A stretch of 62,344 bases of DNA, filler included, from Choristocarpus tenellus KU-1152 (Eukaryota; Protista; Phaeophyceae), in NCBI GenBank assembly GCA_964200185.2. It is 10 parts of 10 records of this genome, joined end to end, with 100 filler letters (N's around TTAATTAATTAA, not from the genome) between each part and the next. Parts side by side here need not be neighbours in the genome. Positions count along the whole stretch, not along the records: positions 49,754 to 53,099 come from CAXNAD020020664.1; positions 53,200 to 56,632 come from CAXNAD020020060.1; positions 56,733 to 62,344 come from CAXNAD020010251.1; 7 more parts are not named here. One strand, given 5' to 3'. Below the pieces are notes generated by a model, which made no database searches, was not told the DNA's origin, and was given only the letters and a program-made list of their open reading frames with translations. The translations under genes were made by a program, and so were the position numbers. Of the stretch, positions 52,987 through 62,344 are shown in pieces. Each line of letters starts with the position of its first letter. Positions within the stretch are counted from its first letter, which is position 1.

Positions 52987-54332
52987 GGCTCAAAGTATCT
53001 GGGGGGGGGGGGGGGGGGGGGCCCCCCCGGGGAACCCAAAAAAAACAAAAAAAAAAAAAACGAAAACAAATACAAACCGCCACCCCCCCCACACAAACCN
53101 NNNNNNNNNNNNNNNNNNNNNNNNNNNNNNNNNNNNNNNNNNNTTAATTAATTAANNNNNNNNNNNNNNNNNNNNNNNNNNNNNNNNNNNNNNNNNNNNT
53201 GACCCAAAATTGACTGGGATAAAGTGTCGATATGTATTTTTTTTAATTTATACCCAGTCAATTTTGGGTCAAGCTCATCCTCAATGAAAAGCTCCATCCT
53301 CAATTTTTGAAATCTGCTGTTCAGTGTAAATCCAAAAATCGGTAGCAAGAGAAAGCCCCACTGAATATTTCGTGGATCGAAATTGCTGAATAATATACTC
53401 AAAATATATAATATAAATAATATATAGATATATACGCCAGTAAATAATGGGCAACCGAAACTTTTTACGTGAGCAAACGATGGGATAATCTTGTCCCATC
53501 AAATAGTGTATGCAGCTAGGTGATATGCTCAGATAGTAGAAGCCAGGAAAGAAGGGGAGGATACTACTTCAAAGCACACAATAACACCTCTTCTACTAAT
53601 GTTACAGGAGATCCGGATTATCTTCAATTAATTATTTTTTGTTGTAGGGGAAAACAGGAAGACCTCTCCCCCCTCCCTGTTGCTACTGTAAATGTACCTC
53701 TTCCAACGACAGCCCTTCTTCCTTGCGCCCTTTCACCAGCTTGTTCTTTCTCCTTCCTCTTTCACTGGTTGGTTGGACATTTTTTCAATTTTCTGAAACC
53801 GTCGATTCTTAAACAATGAAGTTTTCTAATGTTATTAACTAATAATTGATATACAGTAAATTATTTGTACTCTCAACACTACTACTACTACTACTATTGA
53901 TAATACTATTATTATCAACTCTCTTCTAAGAAATACTCGATTATTAAATAGCAAAATTTATTACATATGTTTTACGACTAGACATGTGGAAGTGGTCCCC
54001 TATGGTGGAGTGTTAACCATTGTGATGTCGAGATAATTATCAACTATTTGTTGGTATAAATCAACCCTCACAATGTACAGTCTTGTAGATAGAGTGGAGT
54101 ACATCTCTATTTAATATTACCTTAAAGTTAAATATAGAACTTTCTGTAACTGTCTCTCGTCACATGCCCTTGACTGTGAGAGGAGAGGTATGTTTTTTCG
54201 TAACGGGCAGTCAGTCACCTCGCTCAAAACCCATAATCTGGAGCCTCGAGTGTGCTGGCTATACATTTAGCTCCTAGGTACTCAAGCAACAAAGTCGGTG
54301 ACGGAGTAGTGCAGATAGTTGGAAAAGGAGTC

Positions 54333-55760
54333 ATGGCTCCACTCCTGGCGGTGGTAACCGTCGTGTCTGCGTTTATGCTTGGGGCAATCGTGCCCTCAGC
54401 TGAGGCAGGCTGTTGCCCGAACGCTTGTTCGGGACACGGCACCTGCACAGTCGATGATGCTTGCGTGTGTTATAGCAACTGGCAGGTACATACGGGACTG
54501 TGAAGAGTAGTCCATCGGGACAGGTTCCGAGGAGATGTACGAAGGGTGTACGCGGCAGGGGTCAGGATCATATAGTTGGCGTCGATATTCCAAGGAAAAG
54601 GAGAGTCGTTAAGAGAGCCCATACAGACTCTTGCGCCTCTTTCATGATCGACCCTACCACATATACAAAAAAAAACGTTTTTTTACTATCATTCTCACTC
54701 GTCGACTATTTGCCTCAAGTACTATGTCATTGTGAGAGAACTTCTCATCGGCAATGGTATGGAAAGACTCGCACTAGTTCAGCTCACATATTTCTATCTA
54801 TAATGCTGCCAGAATGGCGAGGAAAACGCTGAAACTGGTGACTGCGCTGACCGCACTTGCCCTTATGAGTTTGCCTGGACGGATACGCCTGACTCTACAG
54901 GGGCGCACCATACCTACGCTGAGTGCTCCAACAAAGGCATATGCGACCGCACCCTGGGCGAGGTGAGACAAGGAGTACTATCTTCACACATAAAAACTTC
55001 AGGTCGACTAAGGACTACCAGTAGAGGTGGACACGATCAGCGTTTTTCACATCGTGTATTTTTTGCGCATAGAGATGCAATTTTAATATTAATTTCAGAA
55101 CCGGCCAATATGGATGTGCCTGTCTAACTGCGTGACGGGGGACCAAAATCCAATGATCAAAAGAAGAAGCACATTTCTGGACCCTGTGATGTCCGATGCA
55201 TGATGTTTTTCAGTGTTTTATACTGCCCACATTATTTTGCCCTCCTTGTTTAGTTGCTGACTGCACGAGGTTGCTTCCCTTGGACAAAGTTTGGTGGATG
55301 AAATCAGCCAATAAACAATGTATCAATTCCTTGCATTCTTAGCTCCTACACCCTGGACGCAACCCAGAACCCCCTTGACACCACCACACACACCCTACCC
55401 TCTCAGTGTATCTGCTTCGAGGGCTATGAGGGCAAGGCCTGCGCACGGATGACATGTCCGAGCGATTGCTCAGGGAACGGGCGATGCATGTACTCTGATG
55501 AGACTCCCTACGGTGTGACCCTGGGGTCCTTCTACGACTCTCAGAGTAATACCACTAACCGCTTTGGGACACTTGGTGAGACCAATGGCAATGATGCTGT
55601 CAAGTTCGACTACTACAACTGGGATGAGGGCAAGTCCCGGGTCTGTGTTTGTGATCCTGGCTTCGAAGGCGTTGACTGTTCTTACCGCTCCTGCCCTGCG
55701 GGAAATGACGTGATGGTTGAACGCCTAAACCGAGTGGCTTCTGTCCTGTACCAGAAACAG
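54333..55760 (+). CDS. Tubular mastigoneme protein, Sig1/Ocm1 family (signal peptide plus EGF-like repeats; first three exons)
   Basis: Exons are 54333-54485 (MAPLLAVV...AEAGCCPNACSGHGTC...CVCYSNWQ), 54813-54962 (GDCADRTCPYEFAWTDTP...HTYAECSNKGICDRTLGE) and 55407-55760 (CICFEGYEGKACARMTCPSDCSGNGRC...WDEGKSRVCVCDPGFEGVDCSYRSCPAGNDVM). CP...AW.D.P...H...ECSNKG.CDR..GEC.CF.GY.G.AC is the stramenopile mastigoneme motif. Confidence 0.88.
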
Positions 55761-56421
55761 GTGAGAGAGCACGATGGACGGGGCTAAATAAAGTATAGTC
55801 TGTAAATAACTTGAAGGCATAAGTGTACGTACATTTTCTTGAATTTTATTTGCCTTCAAAAAAAGCCAAGAGGGCAGAGTTGAGCTTCCGAAGGCCCTTT
55901 GTATGCAAATTGCATCAATGGGGTTGATTACATTTGGATGCCTGATTTGATACTCTCTAAATGAATAAACTCGCTTTGGCTTGACAGCTATTGTGGCAAG
56001 CGAATATATATATTTTGTGAGGCTCAGAACACAATGCAGCACCAACCATCACCTACCTCGAAGTATGTTCTGTAGTCCATGCTGTTTTCCCTGTGCTATT
56101 ACCTACTGCAAGTCCCCCTCCCTCATTCCTGCGATGTCTTGCCTTCTTCTCCAGTTATCCACCTTGCCCATCAACCCCTCCTGAATTCCCCTGCCATAGA
56201 GAGTCACCGTCCCTTCTCCCCCTTGATCTAATGTTATCTCAGAACCTGCCTTGATCTAATGTTCCCCGTTGTCCATACTCCCTCATCCTTCATCCACCTC
56301 ATTCCTTGCACTCTACTACCCAATGCCCTCCCATCTCCTAGTGCTTCCCTCTGCCCACCCATATTCTTCCTCAAACCGTCCATCGATTTGCATAGATTAG
56401 TCTTCATCACCTGTCTAAATT

Positions 56422-56482
<61 letters not shown>

Positions 56483-58267
56483 ATATTCTTCCCCAACCCG
56501 TCCACCCGTTTGCATAGATTCGTCTTCATCCCCTGTCTAAATTCCCCCCCCCCCCCCCCGCCCCCGCCCCCGTCCCCGTCCCCGTCCCCGTCCCAACCCA
56601 ACTGGAACCTGAACCTGAACCCGAAACCGAACNNNNNNNNNNNNNNNNNNNNNNNNNNNNNNNNNNNNNNNNNNNNTTAATTAATTAANNNNNNNNNNNN
56701 NNNNNNNNNNNNNNNNNNNNNNNNNNNNNNNNAAAAAATTATCATTGTGATCGTGGTGTTGTCCCCCCCCCCCCCCCCCAGATACTTTGAGCCTTTGTAA
56801 AAACTGTAGTATGCACTGTCGAAAACATTTTTCTTCTTAGGTTGTGCATTTTTTTTGTAATGTTTTGTGGTACCTTTAAATTCTGCATTTTGGGGGAGTT
56901 TTCTTCTTAGTTCCTGTTTGTGGTAAATGTGTGTGGTTCTACGTCTACATGTGTGAGCCCCCCCTTTCCCCCCTTCCCAATAGCCATGTGCAGAGTATAA
57001 CAGAAGAAAATCTGTTCGCATTTTTTTTTTAGTCTACTTGTGCTCGCAAGTGCTATAGAAAGTGCAATGTTTTCCTAGTTGTTTTTAATGTCATCCTTGC
57101 ATCACCACCATTTCTGACTTGGATTGTATAGGTCGCAGAGCTCAGAGGTATGCTCTACAAAGGCATGAATTGCTTTCGATTTTGTCATGTATGTGTATGT
57201 CCATATTTGTATCACCATTTTTTAATATTGCAATTACCCCTAGCCCCTAACCTTTTGAAACTTTTTGAAACTGTGGATAACAAGTGGGTATTGTAGTACA
57301 AGAGGTCAACATATATTTTTTTTACTTCTTTTGAGCACTTGCTCAAAATTCTCACCCGTTGATAGAAAAAGAAAAACTTTGTTTACGATTTTTAAGATGT
57401 GTCCAGTGCTCAGCCGTTCAAGTACAGATGTTGATCTTTTGTTGGTGCTCTCTGCTTTTTTGTACTTTGAAGCCTTGGTATAGGCTGTGTTTATGTTCAT
57501 GGCACTGCATAGAGTATACTCTGGAGCAGTATCGTATACAGTATACATGCACCAATGGGCACTTTCAGGAGAACAGCCTCTTGAAAAGAGATAAATTGTG
57601 AGTGTATCTTATATCGCATGAGTGAAAGCATTCTATGTGATACTTCTAGCCAATGCTGGTGATTGGACAGATAACGTTGAAGTACTGTTGTGTTGTATAA
57701 CTTTCTTTGTAAGATGAAAACAAAAATATGTAGTTAGTGTAATAGAGGGCTTAGTATATATTGTTTTTGTGAGGTGACAGGTTGCACCCGACCAAGATTA
57801 TTGTGGCACGACCATATTGTATACCAAGTATTGTTGAGTTGATATGAATTGAAGATATGAATTGAAGAACCCCCACTTCCAAGGAAACACTTTTGAGTGA
57901 AATACCTTTGTCGTGTTCACAGTATTCCAGTATGAGAGTTTTTTCTGCCGCTGATCTATTTGTTGCCCTCGAGTAGAGTACGCAAAAATTATGCATTTTT
58001 GTTAGGGTAGTTCTACACACATACTATCGACACTGTAGCACAATATTTGAAGTTATTATTATTATTATTATTTGTTTTCATTTTTCCACCTCTCTAACAG
58101 TAGTCACTGGCTGGGTCGTGAGGGAGTATACACTATTCAAGAAATAATATTTTCTTGTTTTTTTTATTAACGTATATACAGCTGGTGTGCGATCTTGTTG
58201 TTCTGTTACATGGGCCTTTCCTATCCTGTATCATGCTACACTGCTGAACGTCGGTTGTTATGACAAG

Positions 58268-61200
58268 GTGGATGAAGCAGTGGGAGAGGTGTTGGCCAGG
58301 CGTGTAGTGGAGATGGTCAACGAGCTGCGGCAGGAGGAAGCCCTGGATCCCCCTGAGCCGCCAGAGGGACAAGAGGTACGTGAGGTACAAACTTTGTACC
58401 AATACACCCTTGTGTTTGTCATTATGTACAGTGGAGCTGGCTCGATAGTTGGTGGATTGAAAAGAAAAGTGGTCGTTATTGTACATTGGAGTAGTACATA
58501 TTAATCGTGCCGTGAGAGTTTAGGGTTAGGATTAGGGTCAACATTTTTTTGCTATGGATTCGATTTAGTTGGTGGTGGTACTGTGTGATGAAGAAATAAC
58601 TGCCAACGGTTTGTGGGGGGGTTTGTTGTACCATTGGAGGTAAACAAACGAGTCGTGCCACACCGCTCTGCTGAGCTTTATGCACTCTGTTTTAAATGTT
58701 AGTCAGGGTTGATACAAGGTGATAGAGGGATGGATAGAGGTCTCAGCCTAATCGCTAGTTGTTGTGTTGGCGTCAGGCAGATCGCCTCGTTTTGCCTTTC
58801 CTACTATTGTGTGTGGAAATGTAGAATAGCTATCAGTTCGTTGCTGTGCTCGTTCAGGCTCTATGTTGTATGCCACCCACACTTTCCCTCTCTCTGCCTG
58901 CAGACTTGTGGTTCCCTTTGGACTATACCTTGCCCTGCAATCTCTACGTTGCAAGCTTCTGATCTTTACCCATCAAGCCTCATCCTTATCTCAGTGACTG
59001 GTGTGTTCCCCACCCCCCACCCACCCACCCATATGTTGCAATATTGTGTGAATTAATGTGATGGGATGTGGAAAAAGTACCTGGTGGCCAAACGTGATCA
59101 GGTGTTGGTACGGCTCAGGGTGGAGCACTCCGACTTTCCTACCCTGAATAACCAGAGATTTGGCAGTCAGTTCATGGGCAAGGTGAGCTGTGATGGTTGA
59201 CTTTACCTTTGAAAGTTGTTTGAAAGTTGCCCTAATAAATAACCTTAAGCAAAAGTTATTGTTAGTCTGGCGTAAGTAAACGTATACTGTTTGGAGCAGG
59301 TACCTACTGTTTTATTGCTATTATTTTCGATATGCCATCTTGAAAAGAAATGATGCACCTCACACCTCAGATCATATACCTCCCTGTCAACCACTGTACC
59401 TTCACTTGAACCCCCACACGTACCCCTCCTCCTGTCACGGGGACAAGCTTCACTATGCGTAAGTAACCTTTTTTGGTGTAATGATTCTAACTGCGGTGAT
59501 GGGTGGAAAGGTTGCCAATCCATCTGATCTACTCCTTTTTTACCGGAGGAGGGCATCAGGAGGGGCAGGAGGAGACGGGCTATGCTCCGGCCTAAAGGGA
59601 AAGGGGGGAGGTGGGGGTTTGTGGGACCCAGTTCGGCCAGATAGCTTGGATGAAGTTAGAGTGGAGGTATGTACAAGTGCTTACAACTGTTGTGGTCATT
59701 TTGTTGAGTGGTAGATGGTAGGTACTATGAATTGTTCATTATCTGTGGCTTTATGCCTAGGGTTTTGTTCCTCATGGCGCTACACATTGCTCGTTTGCAT
59801 GGTTGGGTTGTGATTAGGACCACCTGTGAAGAGAACTAGAACTAGTGGGATATTTTACATAGGTACTGTCGGATTCTGTCCCCTCGTCCACCCCCCTCCC
59901 ACTGATGTATTCGAATTGAAACCTCCACCCTTAAGATTCCTTTGCTGAAGTTCTGCCGTCAGCCACTACCACTGGACTTCATCATTTTTCGCAATCACCT
60001 GTTTGCCCATCTCAATCCTTGACAAAATGTGCCCTGATGTGTTTTACAGACACCCCCAATCACTGGTTTGTGCCCGCTCTTGATTGGTGTTTAGTTGTCT
60101 AAGGTTTGTTCCAACGCACTGCACTGTGCTGCTGTGATATTAACCTTTTTGATTTCTAGTCTTCAAGAATACAACTATTAATAACTTTGTGTTGGTAATG
60201 GTGTAACAATGCGCAAATGTCCGAAAGCATTTAGAGTAACATGCCATCTAAGAGGGGGGTGTTGTTGGGTTTTGAGGGCTCCTATGTCTGACCGCCTTGT
60301 GGTAAATGTGCTTTGAGCACTGTAGAAGGTGCTTTCAGTTGAAAATAATCTCGGCCAATCTTCTTCCACAGCCTCACCCCTCCAAAGGGGGTTAACTGCA
60401 TTTCAGGCATGGGAATGTTAATAGTGTATATTGCACAAGGTTCTAGAAGGTCTAAACTCATCTTGAACGTTTTCACTCTAAGCCGTTTTTTATTCAGAAA
60501 TGTTTCATTTAGGTTGTGTTGCTTTTGTATTTTTTTTATTGTCAACTTTATGAGAGTGTAACTATTAGGATATATACGACATGCGGAAAAAAGAAAAAAC
60601 TAAAAATTAACCCTAGTTCTTGACCCTTGAGCAGTTACAATGTAAATACCTCCACATGTGTGAGATATTTCCCGTACAGCAAAGGCCTGAACTGAACCGT
60701 CTTTCTTGTGATATGTCGACTAGAAAAAACTCTTGGAATATGATGACCTTACGGAAATGTTTTGTCCTGCCCTTCACTTTTTGATTGTTTGGCCATTTTC
60801 TCACTACAAAAAAAAAAGGATCTGGTGATGCACAATCTGGAGACATCAGACAAGAAGCTCTCCTTGTTGGTGGAACCACGGTTGAAGTTGGCCCTTGAAG
60901 ACTACGTCTACAAAGGGGATGCACAAGTACGCAGTGTATGATTCTTAGAATACTGGGTGTAGGCAGTATTACATTGTGTGGTTCTATTTATGTAGTGTGT
61001 GATTTGAGTGCCATGGAAAAAAATTCTTGGAAAAATCTCAGATGGAATGAAAGGAGGATTTGCTTGAGTTGAGGGATTGGAAGTAGTGTTTGTAAGGGTT
61101 GATGAGTGGGGTAGAGTGAACATTGTACCTGAGTCACAAGAAGGATGTGCAACGACTTGTGTTGCAAAGAGGTGGGAGGAGGGGGGGTGCTTCTTACACA

Positions 61201-62124
61201 ATTGGACTACAACACTTCTGCTTGAGATTCTAATGAATGCAATGGCTTTACTTCTAAAGCTGTGGACATTTGTCATGTGGCCCCTGCCTAAACTGATATT
61301 TTCCGCGTGTTGATATGCCTCTTCCCTTCTCCTCCAAACCAACATAGAATCCATAGTTCTAATCTTGTACCCCACCATCCCTATCCTTAACACCAGCCTC
61401 ACTTGTTAACCTTTTGTTATCTCATGCTTTGATCTACTTTATAGGCGGTCATTGTCTAGATTAATGGGGGAGGCAACTATTTCTCATGCTAATGAAGCAA
61501 GCCTGAAGGGAAGATTTGAGTAGGGTTGTGCCATTTTCAAGTTTGACTGATTTTTCTCCCCAAGCAGGAGGGCCGTGGCTTGTTGTGCACGTGAATACAT
61601 TTGATTGATTTTGCCATCTAACATTTGTTGGGGCTGCAGTATTTGACTAAAGTAGGCTGTCTAAGTCGCACAATAGTTTCTAACGGAATGCGTGTTTCTG
61701 TAGACAGCAAGAAGTGAAAGAGTATGGCATGTATTGAGGTACCATTTTCTCAATGAACTTTGTATCAAACCAGGGTGTGGATTGTTGTGTATTTTGCGCA
61801 TGCAGTAACATGCTCAAGAGTACAAATTTCGCAAGTATAACCAGTGAAAAAGAACCTACCAGTGACTGCTTTTTTTCCTTCCTTGTTGGTTGAGAAGACC
61901 ATAACCCCCAAGTACCTATCACACAGTATTAATAGCAGCAGTAACGAATTGAATTTGTCACCTACCTGTGTGTGTGTGTGTGTGTGTATTCTCAGGCAGT
62001 GAACGACCTTGTAAAGGAGACTCTGGAGGGCGCACAACGGTTGCTAAAGAGGGAGAAGGCAGCGGGTAATGCTGCTATGATCGATGATGCTGTGGCTAAG
62101 ATGAGCGAAAAGGAACGTGCCAAG
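58268..62124 (+). CDS. MRE11: Double-strand break repair nuclease MRE11 (five internal exons, capping/DNA-binding region)
   Basis: Exons are 58268-58375, 59078-59182 (VLVRLRVEHSDFPTLNNQRFGSQFMGK), 59511-59666 (VANPSDLLLFYRRR), 60819-60926 (DLVMHNL...LSLLVEPRLKLALEDYVYKGDAQ) and 61996-62124 (AVNDLVKETLE), all phase 0. RLRV....F...N.QRFG..F.GKVANP.D...F is diagnostic of MRE11. Confidence 0.93.
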
Positions 62125-62246
62125 GTTTGTGTCTGTGCTTTCTGTTCGTTGTGTTGGTTTTGTGGTTGTTTGTTTTGTCTTATGTGTTGTCAGACTGCGG
62201 AGATTTCTATGTACTGCATTGGGAGATAACAGTGGGGATTTTGGAT

Positions 62247-62278
<32 letters not shown>

Positions 62279-62344
62279 GTTTGTTGGGGGGGGGTGGTTT
62301 TTTTTTTTTTTGTGGGGGGGGGGGGGGGGTGTTGGTGGGTGGAG

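Noticed and set aside
8757-56732. Recurring TTAATTAATTAA palindrome in N runs, and apparent clustering of MRE11, NUP205, SEC15 and other genes
   Set aside because: This is an artificial six-frame-stop linker joining unrelated contigs, so neither the motif nor the gene neighbourhood is biological.

Overview
This is eukaryotic, intron-rich DNA from a stramenopile, most likely a brown alga or close ochrophyte. That call rests on a tubular mastigoneme (Sig1/Ocm1-family) gene, long introns and brown-algal-style repeat content. The window is not one locus. Ten short contigs are joined by an artificial 100-nt linker (44 N + TTAATTAATTAA + 44 N) at 8757, 11821, 17943, 25363, 40383, 46806, 49654, 53100 and 56633, so adjacency across linkers carries no information. 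Spliced genes I could reconstruct by hand from GT-AG boundaries are Sec15/EXOC6 (partial), a WDR53-like WD40 gene (5' part), a complete 4-exon flavodoxin-2 NAD(P)H:quinone oxidoreductase, Nup205 (5' part), a mastigoneme EGF-repeat protein (5' part) and MRE11 (internal exons). Mobile DNA includes ten copies of a ~260-bp GAG...CTC MITE family, two DD39D mariner relics, a Gypsy gag-protease relic carrying a solo LTR, and a probable KDZ transposase relic. There is also a tRNA-Ile(GAT)-like gene. The most striking structure is at 3962-8338 on the minus strand: a tandem array of ~600-bp intron+exon cassettes. Each carries one intact 117-nt, phase-0 exon encoding a single 39-aa ankyrin-like repeat, with variation concentrated at predicted ligand-binding positions and clearly homologous introns. 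It resembles an ankyrin counterpart of the one-repeat-per-exon ROCO-LRR/NB-ARC-TPR candidate immune receptors of Ectocarpus, and is a candidate exon-shuffling or combinatorial-splicing receptor system. All homology calls come from motif recognition, not database searches.
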